Positions 18,901 to 28,793 of a DNA stretch of 64,000 nt are shown here, in pieces. This stretch comes from a bacterium. GTDB taxonomy: Bacteria; RBG-13-61-14; DATKZS01. The position numbers were made by a program, and so were the translations under genes. The notes beneath the pieces are model-generated. The model had not been told where the DNA came from, did no database searches, and worked only from the letters and a program-made list of their open reading frames with translations. The stretch spans positions 448,001 to 512,000 of the forward strand of contig CAXXFL010000005.1 in the NCBI GenBank assembly GCA_963674965.2. The letters run 5' to 3'. Each line of letters opens with the position of its first letter. The stretch's first letter is position 1.

Positions 18901-21840
18901 GTCCGAGTCGGCCTCGAGCTTTTCCGCCTGGCTGACCAGTATCTCGATCAGCTCCTCCCAGCGCTGCTCGCGCTCGTAGAGCCGCTCGAGCTCGCTCAGG
19001 GTCTCGAGCCGGGCGGGATCGAGATCAAGGGCCTCCCGCAGCATGGCGATGGCCCGGTTGGGGTCCTGGAGTTTTTCGTCCAGCGTCCGGGCGGCTCGAA
19101 AGAGGAGGTCGATCTTGCCCGAGGTCTCCCCGGTGACGTCCTTGAAGGCGACCAGGGCCGCCACCATGTCCTCCCACCTGCCCTTGGCCTCGAGAAGGCG
19201 AACCAGCTCGGAGTGGCTCTCGGCGCGGTCGGGAACAAGACGGAGCACGGCCTGCTGGCACTTGATCGACTCGTCCAGCGCCTGGAAGTGTTCCTCGTAA
19301 TGGCGGGCCAGGCGAAGGTACGTCTCGATCTGGACTTCCTTTTCCTTGCGAAGAGGAAGCTCGGTCAGCATCATCCGGATAAGCTCGCCCCACTGTCCCG
19401 CCTTCTCGTACATGAGCGACAGCTCGCGCATGATGGGCGCGGACTTGGGCTCCTTGGCCAATACCTGGCGAAGGGCCGCGATGCTTTCCTCGTTCGCGCC
19501 CAGCTCGTCGCGAAGCACGCCCGCCAGCCTGAGCCGCACCGAGGTACCGTAGTCCTCGGGAAGTATCTTGAGGGCCCGGGCGAGAAGCTGGGGCCTTTCC
19601 TGCTTGTCGTCGCTCCAGACGGAGGCCAGCCAGGCGCCGCGCAGGGCATCGGCCTCGGCGCCGGGTACCTCCTCGAGGGCCTTCATGGCGCGGGCCATGC
19701 CGGACGGGTCGATCTTGCCGTCGGGGCCGGCTATCTCTCCTCGCGCCCAGGCGGCCTCCCAGGCCACCGCCTTCTTATGCTCGTCCGCCAGCCGGCTCGA
19801 GAAGTCCTCGAGCAGGCTCATGTACTTGCTCCAGTAGCCCGCGAGCTGGGCCAGGTCGATCATGGGCAGGTAAAGGTGAGGCTCCCGCATGAAGCTGACC
19901 CGCGCCTTCTCGCAGGCGGCCCAGGAGTCGGTCAACTCGCCCAGCACCTCCCGGGCCGAGGCCATGCGTAAAAGCCGGGCCCCGCGGAGCACGCCCTCCG
20001 AGCCGGACTCGGCCAACTCTTGCGCCATGCCCGCGTAGGGTGCAAGCTCGCCCTTTTGATAATGGACCCGGCGCAGGGAGTCCATGCCGAACGCGTGTTT
20101 GCCCGCGGCCAGGGACTTGTAAATGGCGAAGGCCTGGTCGGCTTTGTCCAGCCGGACCTCGTAGAGCCACCCGAGCCGGGACTTGAGCTCGGCCGCCATT
20201 TTCTCGTCCTTGGCGTTCTCGCTCATCCGGGCCACGGCCCCCGCCAGGTTCTGCCAGCTCGAGTTTTTGCGGCTGAGGCGGGCGATGGCGGCCAGTGCCC
20301 CCTGGTCGGCGGGATCGACCTTCATAATCTCGCCGAAGATGGCGAAGGCCTGGTCTTCCCGGCCCAGTTTCTCGAGGTTGATAAGGGCCAGCCAGGTCTG
20401 GTAGAACTTTTTTACCGCCGGGTCCGTGACCATCTTGGCCGAGGCGGTCATGACCTTGGCCATGTTGGCGAAGTCCCGGTTCATGTGGTACATGCGGGAC
20501 ATGGCCTGGAGGATGGGAAACTGGCTGGGAGGGGTCTCGAGGGCCTTCATGTAGGCGGCGAGAGCCATGTCCTGGTTTCCCATCTTATGGGTGGCCAACT
20601 CGGCCTTGCGCAGCAAAAGGCCCTGCCTCTCGCGGGGATCGGCGACGCGTCCCAATTCGCGGTCGATGGCCTCGATGGCCTCCTGGTGCGCGCCGGCCCT
20701 GACCAGGGACTCGATGACCCAGGCCCCGGCGAAGAGGTCTTCGGGCGCGGTTTCCATCCAGCTCGAGGCGGCCTCGACGGCGGCCTCCGGGTCGCTCAGG
20801 TCGTCGAGCAGGGTCCTGGCCCGGTCGGCCAGATAAAATGAGCGCTCGGCCGGGTCCTCGATCAGGCCGGCCATGCGGGCGTCAAGGTCGGCCCGCAACT
20901 CGGGAGGTCCGGTTTCCATGGCCCTTAGGGCCGCCTGATAAAGGGCGGGGAAAAAGTCGGGCCAGGTCTCGAGGATGGCCTGAATTTCCTTGTCGGCCCC
21001 CTCGGGGTCTTCCAGGCCGTCCGCCCTTAGCCGGGCCAGGCTGAGCCTGAGTTGGGCGGGCGGGGTCTCGCCCGCGGCGAGTATTTCCTCGACCGCGGAG
21101 GCGAGGTGATTCGCCGCCTTGTCCCATTCCTTTTTGCCCTCGGCGATTTCGTATAAAGACAGGCTAGAGAGGAGGGCGCCCTCCTTCTCGCCGGCTTTTT
21201 CGTACCAGCCGCGGGCGCCTTCGCCGTCCTGGAAGCGGAACTCGCAAATCTGGCCCAGCCGGAAGGCGCAGGAGCCGGAGAAGGCGGGGTCGGCCCCGCA
21301 TAGCTCGAAGAGCCTCTCGTAATTTTGCTTTACTCCCTCCCAGTCCCCGGCCCTGAGGGCGAGAGTGAGCTTGATCCAGACCGCCTGGGTCAGCCGAGCG
21401 TTCTCCGCCAGCAGGCCGTCGAGCACGGCCTGGGCGTCGCCTATCCTTCCCAGCCGGAAGGCCAGTATCCTGGCTTTCTCGAGCTTCAAGGAGGTCGCGT
21501 CCCATCCGCTTCCCGCCCCGAGTTCCTCGTCGAGCAGGGACGCCGCGGCTTCCCAGTCTCCCCGCCGCCAATGGATTTCCATGCGGTACTGGCGGGCCAG
21601 CCGCAGCCAGAGCGCGTCGCCCTCGACCTTGAGAAAGCAGTCCAGGGCCTTGTCGTCGTCGCCCGCCTTCATGGCGGCGGCCCCGGCGCGGCAGTTGTAG
21701 CCGGCTTTCTCCGCGGGACCGGCCACGGCCTGGGCCTGCCCGAGCAGGGCGTCGGCCAGGCCGGACCAGTTCTTGGAGGAATGGCATTCCTCCTCCACGA
21801 TTCTCCATTTTAATAGATCAGCGCCGGACGAGCCGTCCAT
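15934..21840 (-). CDS. Giant TPR protein (~1970 aa), myxobacterial AgmK-like architecture
   Basis: Dozens of TPR-like repeats (..LERLYE..RWEELI..L); C-terminal domain ..ANRAGLLVCGD..ELLAFSVSDQYFRLR; SD AAGGAAAGG before ATG 21840. Confidence 0.8.
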   Translation of the reverse strand: MDGSSGADLLKWRIVEEECHSSKNWSGLADALLGQAQAVAGPAEKAGYNCRAGAAAMKAGDDDKALDCFLKVEGDALWLRLARQYRMEIHWRRGDWEAAASLLDEELGAGSGWDATSLKLEKARILAFRLGRIGDAQAVLDGLLAENARLTQAVWIKLTLALRAGDWEGVKQNYERLFELCGADPAFSGSCAFRLGQICEFRFQDGEGARGWYEKAGEKEGALLSSLSLYEIAEGKKEWDKAANHLASAVEEILAAGETPPAQLRLSLARLRADGLEDPEGADKEIQAILETWPDFFPALYQAALRAMETGPPELRADLDARMAGLIEDPAERSFYLADRARTLLDDLSDPEAAVEAASSWMETAPEDLFAGAWVIESLVRAGAHQEAIEAIDRELGRVADPRERQGLLLRKAELATHKMGNQDMALAAYMKALETPPSQFPILQAMSRMYHMNRDFANMAKVMTASAKMVTDPAVKKFYQTWLALINLEKLGREDQAFAIFGEIMKVDPADQGALAAIARLSRKNSSWQNLAGAVARMSENAKDEKMAAELKSRLGWLYEVRLDKADQAFAIYKSLAAGKHAFGMDSLRRVHYQKGELAPYAGMAQELAESGSEGVLRGARLLRMASAREVLGELTDSWAACEKARVSFMREPHLYLPMIDLAQLAGYWSKYMSLLEDFSSRLADEHKKAVAWEAAWARGEIAGPDGKIDPSGMARAMKALEEVPGAEADALRGAWLASVWSDDKQERPQLLARALKILPEDYGTSVRLRLAGVLRDELGANEESIAALRQVLAKEPKSAPIMRELSLMYEKAGQWGELIRMMLTELPLRKEKEVQIETYLRLARHYEEHFQALDESIKCQQAVLRLVPDRAESHSELVRLLEAKGRWEDMVAALVAFKDVTGETSGKIDLLFRAARTLDEKLQDPNRAIAMLREALDLDPARLETLSELERLYEREQRWEELIEILVSQAEKLEADSDKAVLHERVAKIVEEHLGDPGRAIEHLIVARDLDPERRSVLLTLERLFEAASRWEELIDTLERLAARADDQGKIDYFGRIGSLWDEKLERLEDAISSWERVRSIDSQNVPGLEALVSLYERTGKDPEFVERSRELAELVARDKPRAVEILCKAGQTLETKLTDDDGALEVYGRAMAIDDHATRPVFLAKSIYEKREQWPDVVKMLLREEKIVGEASRKLEIFTEAGQILEHKLGDEKQAAGAYERALAIDGKYLPSVKPLSEIYYKSERWADARPLYEIWIESVDSETDEKGAEVFHKAGWCAERGDDVDAAMSRYHSSVGLAADYRPPLERLSDIYTQKKKWAEASSFTDRLLAVVTAAQDLEAAFPLYVRKGEIEEKQDKLDKATEAYEKALEIRPKDFPALTKLVDLYCRQELWKNALAAFDRMIQAAPSSEAQADGLVGKGEVLEDKLGEENSALAHFQAAVKVLPTHLHGWDRISRIFLRRQSWPEAENALLHMIDLETDSMRLVENHHSLGRVYFEGLNDLEKARTQFEAALAIDQVHVPSMQSLGDIYLKLEEWDKYISTSENFIRLVPPEEHPSLINLYYKLGEVYRDHTENKERAIINFQQVLKIQPENETARSELAAIYVSDPKFVDQAKAENLNLIRMQPWRKQTYRDLANIYKEKRQLDAQFCLYSILKLLDSLDYEEDLFYEANKAKAFRSSQKILPDIEREGQMVHPDERGPLRDMLLAMADQMTKIFPPPLEKFGAKKQYKLDGSSESPLKDLAADVAHNLGVEDLDMYLVPQAAPPQVVHGSPPALIVSTEWFKKFTPHEQRFVMGRALEHLVDRHSLAMHFPPDKVIAQLCLVALAFDPNLQLNIPGMPPQEVEKKRKLSKKLIPWNARKVKAQVEAISPRFSQEVAETDPARWRKAMDHTANRAGLLVCGDVTAAFDAIVKTDPKYANVKYNSLEEKMAVWEKHPDVIELLAFSVSDQYFRLRERSGFSLA

Positions 21841-22016
21841 GGTCAAATCCTTTCCTTGAGGGGCCGATAAAGTCTCGGCCCGACGCCCGTCCCGCTCGGC
21901 GAGTAAAGGTCGTTTTTCTCGCTCCGCGTTCACGGGCCTTTTTCATCAACGGATTGTCAAGATATCCCGCCGCTAGCCGGCGAGGGGAGCCGTCGGACGA
22001 GACGCCGTTATTTGCG

Positions 22017-22595
22017 CTATTGCTCGGTGAGAAGCTGAAAAACAACCTGGTACAGGCGCTCGGCGAATTCCTCGGGTGACGACCCCGTGCCCTTGTTAAT
22101 GTACTTGGCCGGCTTGCAATATTTAAGAACCTTTTTAAAAGTGTCGTCACATTTATACGAAGTGAAGAAGAGGATGGGGGTCGGTCTTTTCTTCCCATAG
22201 CCCTTCTCGATGGCTCGAAAGATGACGGCGGCGTTAATGCCGTTTAAAATCGGCATGTTGACGTCAAGGATGACGAGGGAAATAGGCTTGTTCGACTTGA
22301 CGCGGTTTACCACCGTCTCGATGAATTCCTCGCCGTTTTTCGAGGCGTCCACCGTCTTGGAAATCTTCTTGTCCTGGAGCATGCGGGTGACGGTCTTTAA
22401 AAGAAGCGCGTTATCCTCGGCCGCCACCACGTGCTGGAGGGTCTTAAGGCTGGTTTGTTCCTCGGCGGCCTCCTCATGCAGGATCAGCCCGCAAACGGAG
22501 CAGTGCTTGATCTCGTCGCCCTCCGAGAGCATGACAAAATACTCGACCTTTTCTCCGCAGCTTGGACAATATAGTTTATCCGAATCCGCCGCCAA
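22017..22595 (-). CDS. Zn-ribbon + receiver-domain response regulator
   Basis: CPSC...CSVC; AAEDN, LVILDVNMP, FFTS, YINKG. Confidence 0.75.
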   Translation of the reverse strand: MAADSDKLYCPSCGEKVEYFVMLSEGDEIKHCSVCGLILHEEAAEEQTSLKTLQHVVAAEDNALLLKTVTRMLQDKKISKTVDASKNGEEFIETVVNRVKSNKPISLVILDVNMPILNGINAAVIFRAIEKGYGKKRPTPILFFTSYKCDDTFKKVLKYCKPAKYINKGTGSSPEEFAERLYQVVFQLLTEQ

Positions 22596-22833
22596 TCCAT
22601 ATACTCCCGATATTCAGAGAATCCCCCCGCCGCAAATGCCCCGGAGGGTAGCGCACTTCAATCATATCGTATTTGTTTTCCATGTCAAGAACATATGGTT
22701 ATCGAGGGCCGCCCGACATGTCTCTCGCCGCTCGTTCCGGGCGAATTTTTACCGGCCCGGCCGACCTCCCGGGACCCCGCCGTCTTCCTCGATCGGTTAG
22801 TAATTCTCCGCCTATTCTGCTACCATTATCGCC

Positions 22834-23895
22834 GTGTTTACGCTGGAACAGCGGATTGGAAGGATACTTATCGTCAGGATGAGCGCCATTGGCGACGTGA
22901 TACTCACGTTGCCGGTGGTTGAGGCCCTTGGCGAGAGGTTTCCCGAGGCCGAAATCGATTACCTGGTGAAATCCGAGTACGCGGAGATACTGGCGGGACA
23001 TCCTCGCCTTAACGACCTGATTGTCTTCGACAAATCCAAGGGTTTCGCCGAATACCGGCAACTGGTAAAGCGGGCGCGGAAAAGACGCTACGACCTTATC
23101 GTTGACCTGCACTCGAACCCGAGGAGCATGTACCTTAGGCTCTTCGCCGCTCCGGCCATGAGCCGGGTGTACCGCAAAAGGGTGGCCGAGCGCCTTCTCC
23201 TCAAGTGGTTCAGATGGGACCTTTTACATGACGCGCCCCCGGTGGCGGACAGGTATTTCACCGCCCTCGAGGACTTCGGCATAGTCCGCGACGGCCGGAG
23301 ACCCAGGATATTCATTCCCGCGGAAGACAAGGAAAAAGCGGACAAGACCCTGGCCGCGGCCGGGGTACCCGAGGGAGCCGATATTCTGGCGCTGGCCCCG
23401 GGCGCGAGCTATAACACCAAAAAATGGCCCGCGTCCCATTTTGCCCGGGCGGCCCTCGAGCTTTGCCCTCCCTCGCGAACGGTCGTTCTTCTTGGAGGGC
23501 CGGGGGATAGGCGGGAGACGGACGAGGTGAAAACCACGCTGGCCGAAAGCGGGACCCGGGCGGCGGACCTGTCCGGCCGGATGACCCTCATGGGCAGCGC
23601 CGCCGTTATCTCCAGATCTTCTCTTTTACTGACCAACGACTCGGGCCTTATGCACGTGGCCGACGCCCTGGACAAGCCCCTGGTGGCGGTCTTCGGGCCC
23701 ACCAGCCGGGAGCTCGGGTTTTTTCCCCTGGGCCCTGGCTCGAGGGTGGCCCAGGTCGAGGGCCTCGAGTGCCGGCCCTGCTCGCTTCACGGCGACGCCC
23801 GCTGTCCCCTTGGCCATCACCGGTGCATGAAGGAGTTAGGCCCCGAGAGCGTGGCGGCCCTGGCCCGGGAGGCCATGGGGAACGCACATGCCTGA
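22834..23895 (+). CDS. waaF: LPS heptosyltransferase (GT9)
   Basis: RMSAIGDV, APGA...KKWP, TNDSGLMH.A.A, VFGPT. Confidence 0.82.
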   Translation: MFTLEQRIGRILIVRMSAIGDVILTLPVVEALGERFPEAEIDYLVKSEYAEILAGHPRLNDLIVFDKSKGFAEYRQLVKRARKRRYDLIVDLHSNPRSMYLRLFAAPAMSRVYRKRVAERLLLKWFRWDLLHDAPPVADRYFTALEDFGIVRDGRRPRIFIPAEDKEKADKTLAAAGVPEGADILALAPGASYNTKKWPASHFARAALELCPPSRTVVLLGGPGDRRETDEVKTTLAESGTRAADLSGRMTLMGSAAVISRSSLLLTNDSGLMHVADALDKPLVAVFGPTSRELGFFPLGPGSRVAQVEGLECRPCSLHGDARCPLGHHRCMKELGPESVAALAREAMGNAHA

Positions 23896-25222
23896 GCCGC
23901 TCTCCTTTTCGGGCCGGGCCTTCAAGCTCCTGTACAGCGGACTCGCGGCCCCCGTCATTATGGGGGCTTATAAAACCTGGTCCCTCCATGACCATAAGGC
24001 CCTCGAGTTCTTCAAGGAACGGGAGGGCATGCTCGAGGAACTGGCCGGCGCCCTGGAAGGCTCGGCCGATGGGGTCCCGACGGTCCTTTTTCACGCCGCC
24101 TCAGTGGGAGAGCTGCTCCAGGTCATGCCGGTCATGAGACAAATGGCCGAGAAGGGCGAACCGGTTTTCTCCATACTTAGCTATACCTCGCCATCGGTAA
24201 CCAGGAACCGGCCCAAACGCATAGCGGCCAACGTTATAACTCCATCTCCGCTGGACCGGCCCCGCCAGGTTTCGCGCTTCCTGGATATTACCGGACCCGA
24301 CCTGATCGTTTTTTCCACCTATGACGTCTGGCCGGGAATGGTTTACGGGGCCCTCGAGCGGGGCATACCCATGGCCCTGGTCAACGGGTCATTGCCCCCC
24401 AACTCGGGCAGGCTCAAGTTCCCGGCGCGGGCCTTCATGAAAAGCGTGTACGGCCCCCTCGGCCGGGTGGGCGCGGTCACCGAGGCCGACGCGGGACGTT
24501 TCGAGTCCCTCGGCGTTTCGCCTTCCCGGATAAGGGTGACGGGCGACTGCCGGTTCGATCAAACCATGGCGAGGTGCGAGGCGGTAAGAGACGACGACCC
24601 GGATATCTCGATGGTCCCCAGGTTCGGCTTTACCCTGGTGGGCGGCTCGACCTGGCCCGAGGACCTGCGCCTCCTTCTTCCCCCCCTTTGCGCTCTTATG
24701 AAAAACCGGCCCGAGCTGGGCGCCATCCTGGCCCCGCACGAGATGGACGAAAGTGAAATGGGCAAGATGGAGAGAACCCTCGAGGGGGCCGGCCTCAAGA
24801 CGGTCCGCTACTCGGCGCTAAAAAAGGGGAATCCGGCGTGTGAGTCTCGGGTGGTGGTGGTCGACGCGCTGGGGGTCCTTTACAAGCTTTACAAAAAGGG
24901 AGACCTCGCCTACGTGGGAGGAGGCTTCGGCAAGGGCGTCCATAACGTGATGGAGCCGGCGGGCATGGGTCTTCCCGTGTTTTTCGGACCGAACAATAAA
25001 AACAGCGCCGAGGCCCAGATCATGATGGGAGAGGGGGCCGCCCGGCCGGCGCGGGGCGCGGGCGAGGTGGAGAGCATACTGAGGGAGTACGTCGAGAGCC
25101 CGGAGCGGGCGAAAAAGGACGGGGGCCTGGCCCTGTCGATCATGAAAAGGAACGAGGGCGCTACGGCCGGCACGGTCGAGATGGTAAGAGAGCTTCTTTG
25201 CCGGCGAAGGCCTGGAATATAA
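23888..25222 (+). CDS. waaA: Kdo transferase
   Basis: HAASVGE, GSTWPED, APH, YVGGGF..GVHNVMEPA. Confidence 0.9.
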   Translation: MPEPLSFSGRAFKLLYSGLAAPVIMGAYKTWSLHDHKALEFFKEREGMLEELAGALEGSADGVPTVLFHAASVGELLQVMPVMRQMAEKGEPVFSILSYTSPSVTRNRPKRIAANVITPSPLDRPRQVSRFLDITGPDLIVFSTYDVWPGMVYGALERGIPMALVNGSLPPNSGRLKFPARAFMKSVYGPLGRVGAVTEADAGRFESLGVSPSRIRVTGDCRFDQTMARCEAVRDDDPDISMVPRFGFTLVGGSTWPEDLRLLLPPLCALMKNRPELGAILAPHEMDESEMGKMERTLEGAGLKTVRYSALKKGNPACESRVVVVDALGVLYKLYKKGDLAYVGGGFGKGVHNVMEPAGMGLPVFFGPNNKNSAEAQIMMGEGAARPARGAGEVESILREYVESPERAKKDGGLALSIMKRNEGATAGTVEMVRELLCRRRPGI

Positions 25223-25242
25223 AAGAATCCCGGGAGGTAATA

Positions 25243-26220
25243 ATGGCCAGATTGAACGTCAGGGAAATAAAAACGGGCGACCAGTTTACGGGTTTTTATC
25301 TGGTCAAGTCCAAGCGGCAACTTACCACCAGGGCGGGCAAGCCCTACCTGGACCTGGACGTGGCCGACGCCACCGGCTCGGTCAACTGCAAGGTCTGGGA
25401 CGACGCGGAGAACTTTTCCTCCATGTTCGGGCGGGGCGACGTGATCAAGATACGGGCCTCGGCCGAGGAGTTCCAGGGCAAGCCCCAGCTCAAGATATTC
25501 GAGCTCCGTCCCCTCCAGAAGGGGGACGAGGTGGACATGAGCGACCTTATCCGGACCACTCCCTACAACGTGGAGGAGATGCTGGATTATTTAAGGGGCG
25601 AGATCGGGTCGATGAAGGACCCCGACCTGGCGGGCCTGATGTCGTCATTTTTCGGGGACGAGGAATTCGTGGAGGAGTTCTCGAGGGCGGCGGCGGCTCG
25701 GAACGTTCATCACGTCTATAGGGGAGGTCTTCTCGAGCACACGGTGAAGGTGGTGAAGACCTGCATGTTCGCGGCGGACGCGTTGTATCCCGGCCAGGTC
25801 GATCGTGATCTCCTTTTCGCGGGGGCGGTCCTCCACGACGCGGGCAAGACGCGGGAGTTGGACTCGGAGATGGAAATTTCCTATACCACCGAGGGCTACC
25901 TGGCCGGACACCTCATGCTCGGCGTCATGATGACGGCGGAAAGGGCCAGGTCCATACCCGGCTTTCCCGAGTCCAGGCTCCTCGACCTCCTCCATGTCAT
26001 CATCAGCCACCACGGCGAAAAGGAATGGGGCAGCCCCGTGGTTCCCATGACCGCCGAGGCCATGATCGTGCATAACGCGGACAACCTTGACGCCAAGACC
26101 CAGATAGCCCTGACCGCCATCTCCGAGGACCCCAACCAGGAGGAAAACTTCACCCAGTACCACCGCTTATTGGGAAGGCATTTTTACAAGGGCGGACGAG
26201 GGGTAGAAGGCGTAGATTGA
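25243..26220 (+). CDS. yhaM: YhaM-like 3'-5' exoribonuclease (OB fold + HD domain)
   Basis: GKPYL..DATG, HHVYRGGLLEH, LHDAGK, SHHG, HNADNLDAK. Confidence 0.82.
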   Translation: MARLNVREIKTGDQFTGFYLVKSKRQLTTRAGKPYLDLDVADATGSVNCKVWDDAENFSSMFGRGDVIKIRASAEEFQGKPQLKIFELRPLQKGDEVDMSDLIRTTPYNVEEMLDYLRGEIGSMKDPDLAGLMSSFFGDEEFVEEFSRAAAARNVHHVYRGGLLEHTVKVVKTCMFAADALYPGQVDRDLLFAGAVLHDAGKTRELDSEMEISYTTEGYLAGHLMLGVMMTAERARSIPGFPESRLLDLLHVIISHHGEKEWGSPVVPMTAEAMIVHNADNLDAKTQIALTAISEDPNQEENFTQYHRLLGRHFYKGGRGVEGVD

Positions 26221-26416
26221 GGCTGCGGCCCTCCGCCATATACGTTTTCAATCCTTCGGCTTGCTTCAGGCGTCCGTAACCTTGGCCCGTCCGGTTTCTA
26301 AGATACCGCGTGGGGTACCATGGGGGTAGGTACAAGGCGTGGGAGATCGCGCTGAAAAAGTGGAAGAAAAAGTTGTTTAGCGCCCGGTGGTACGGCGTCT
26401 TGATCGGCGCCGCGAG

Positions 26417-26446
26417 AAAAGGGCGTCCCTATATGAGACGCCCTTT
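26417..26446. terminator. Bidirectional terminator
   Basis: AAAAGGGCGTC...GACGCCCTTT between convergent genes. Confidence 0.7.
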
Positions 26447-26465
26447 CGATTTCGTGGGGCTATTA

Positions 26466-27443
26466 TTACAAGTACTTATTGAACCATTCGACCGTTGCCT
26501 CCATGGCCTCCTGGGTATATTTTTCGCCGTGCATGGTGTCGAAGCCGTGGCCGGCGCCCTTGGCGGTGTAAAGTCCGGTGGGGAGCCCGAGGTCCACCAG
26601 CTTTTGGGACATTTGCAGGGAGTCCTTGTAGAGGTCGAACCCGTCTTCGTCGCCGCAGATGAAATAGCTGGGCGGGTCTTTCTCGTCCACCTGGTTTTTG
26701 GGGGAGACGTGCTTTAGGATTTCCTCGATTTCCTTGTCGTCCCTGGTTTTGAGGCCGTACCATTTGACGTACTGTTTAATGGTGAGCTGGGGGCGGTGGA
26801 GGGCGAGCATGCTCTCGAGGTCGTAGACCCCGTAGAAGAGCACGGCGGCCTTGACGTCGGAATCGAGGGTCGAGTTTTGCTTGTCCGTGGGCTTGAAATA
26901 GGGATCGTCGCTGGCCCATGCCACCATGGAGGCCAGGTGTCCGCCGGCCGATCCGCCCATGATACCGACCCGATCGGGGTCTCCGCCGTATTTGGCTATG
27001 TTTTCCTTGACCCATATGACCGCGGCCATCACGTCCTCGACCTGGGTCTGGATGGGGTAATCGGGGAGCATGCGGTAGTTCACGCTCACGGCCACGAAGC
27101 CGCGGTTGGCCATGTACCTGGAGCGGAACAGGGAGTTGGGCGCCCTTTTGTCTCCCACTTCCCAGGCGCCGCCGTGGACGTTGATCACCACCGGTATCTG
27201 GCCGTCGTGGTCGTTCCAATACACGTCAAGCGTCAGTTCCTCGTGACCCGTGACGTTCATGGCGTACGGGATATCCAGTTCCTCGTGGCCGCGCTTCGCG
27301 CCTGCGCTCTCGATGGGACCGTACTTTTTGAAGGCCTTCTTGGCCCGCCGGTGGTCCGCCATCTCCGCGCTCTTCTTGACGCAACCCGCCGAAAGCGCCA
27401 AGGCCAAGGCGAGACAAATGGCAAAATTTAATTTGATTCTCAT
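26466..27443 (-). CDS. Alpha/beta-hydrolase (esterase) lipoprotein
   Basis: LSAGC lipobox; VHGGAW; GGSAGG; GAGHGF. Confidence 0.85.
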   Translation of the reverse strand: MRIKLNFAICLALALALSAGCVKKSAEMADHRRAKKAFKKYGPIESAGAKRGHEELDIPYAMNVTGHEELTLDVYWNDHDGQIPVVINVHGGAWEVGDKRAPNSLFRSRYMANRGFVAVSVNYRMLPDYPIQTQVEDVMAAVIWVKENIAKYGGDPDRVGIMGGSAGGHLASMVAWASDDPYFKPTDKQNSTLDSDVKAAVLFYGVYDLESMLALHRPQLTIKQYVKWYGLKTRDDKEIEEILKHVSPKNQVDEKDPPSYFICGDEDGFDLYKDSLQMSQKLVDLGLPTGLYTAKGAGHGFDTMHGEKYTQEAMEATVEWFNKYL

Positions 27444-27564
27444 AATCTTCTCCTCGCATCCCCGCGAATTTTGGGACGTATTATAGCTTCTTTCGTAAAG
27501 GAATCAAAAATTGACGGTGCCAAATCCGGATCGGTCCAATTTCGCGGGTCCCGGCAAGGGGCGC

Positions 27565-28770
27565 TTATTCGGAGCGCAGGGCCCGTACGGGCTCGAGGCT
27601 CGCGGCCCTTATAGCGGGGTAGATGCCGAACGCGAGGCCGGTGACGAGGGCGGCGGAGGCGGAAAGGACAATGGCCCGGGCGGATATTACGGCCTCCCAG
27701 TTGCCCCATCCCGAGACAAGCTCGGACACGGCGGCCCCCAGTCCGACCCCGAGAACGGCCCCCGCCCCGGAGAGGATGACGGCCTCGGCCAGGAACTGGT
27801 GGAAGATATCCAGGCCCGAGGCGCCCACGGCTTTCCGTATGCCGATCTCGGGGGTCCTTTCCGTGACGGACACGAGCATTATGTTCATGATGCCCACCCC
27901 GCCCGTGACCAGGGCCACCGCCGCCAGGCTGATGAGCAGGGCCGTCAGGGTCTTGTTGACGCCGGCGAAGGCCTCGATCATCTCTCTTTGATCGATCACG
28001 TGGAAGTCGAGCCGGTCCTTGCCCGCTCCGGGAGGAAGGCGGTGGCGTCTTCTAAGGAGGGACACGAGCCTTTCCTCGACGGAACTCATGTCGTCCTGGG
28101 AAGGGCATAATACGGCTATGGCGTGGAGGTGGTCGGTACCGATTACCCGGGTCATGGCCGTTTGGAGGGGCGTGACCACGAGCTGGTCCGGATGAAACCA
28201 GCCCATGTCCCCCTTGGACTCGAAGGTCCCTATTACCCTGAAGTTATGGCCTGACAGCTTGAAGGTCTTGCCCACCGGATCGAGGTCGCCAAAGAGGCGA
28301 CGGCTCGCGGCGGGGCCGATCACGGCCACCTTTGCCCTTCCCCTGTCCTCGGCGGGCGAGAAGAAACGTCCCCGCGCCGGCTTGAAGTTGCGGGCCTTGA
28401 TGAAGCCGGGAGCGGCGCCCACGACGGGAGCGTTGAAGGATTTTCCTCCTGCCCGAACCTCGAGGTTGGCTATCACCTCGGGGCTTGCCACGACCCCTCC
28501 GATTTCCTCCTCGAGGGCGGCGGCGTCGGAAAGGGTAAGGCTATCTGTCCTGCCCCTCCCTCCGGAGGCGGGGCCGGGAAGCACGATGAGCAGCCTCGAG
28601 CCCAGGACCTCGATCTGGGCGGCCACCGACCGCCTCGAGCCCTCGCCCGCGGCGATGACGGCGATGACGGCGGCCACGCCGGTGACCACGCCGAGTATGG
28701 TGAGAAGCGACCTGAGCGGATGCAGCGCGAGCGACGACAGGGCCCCGGCCAGGACCTCGGAGGACCTCAT
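27565..28770 (-). CDS. MacB/FtsX-type ABC permease
   Basis: RSLLTILG, GGVGIMNIMLVSVTERT.EIGIRKAVGA, YPA.RAA.L.PV.ALR. Confidence 0.92.
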   Translation of the reverse strand: MRSSEVLAGALSSLALHPLRSLLTILGVVTGVAAVIAVIAAGEGSRRSVAAQIEVLGSRLLIVLPGPASGGRGRTDSLTLSDAAALEEEIGGVVASPEVIANLEVRAGGKSFNAPVVGAAPGFIKARNFKPARGRFFSPAEDRGRAKVAVIGPAASRRLFGDLDPVGKTFKLSGHNFRVIGTFESKGDMGWFHPDQLVVTPLQTAMTRVIGTDHLHAIAVLCPSQDDMSSVEERLVSLLRRRHRLPPGAGKDRLDFHVIDQREMIEAFAGVNKTLTALLISLAAVALVTGGVGIMNIMLVSVTERTPEIGIRKAVGASGLDIFHQFLAEAVILSGAGAVLGVGLGAAVSELVSGWGNWEAVISARAIVLSASAALVTGLAFGIYPAIRAASLEPVRALRSE

Positions 28771-28793
28771 GCTCGTTCCCCTCCCGCGGCGGC

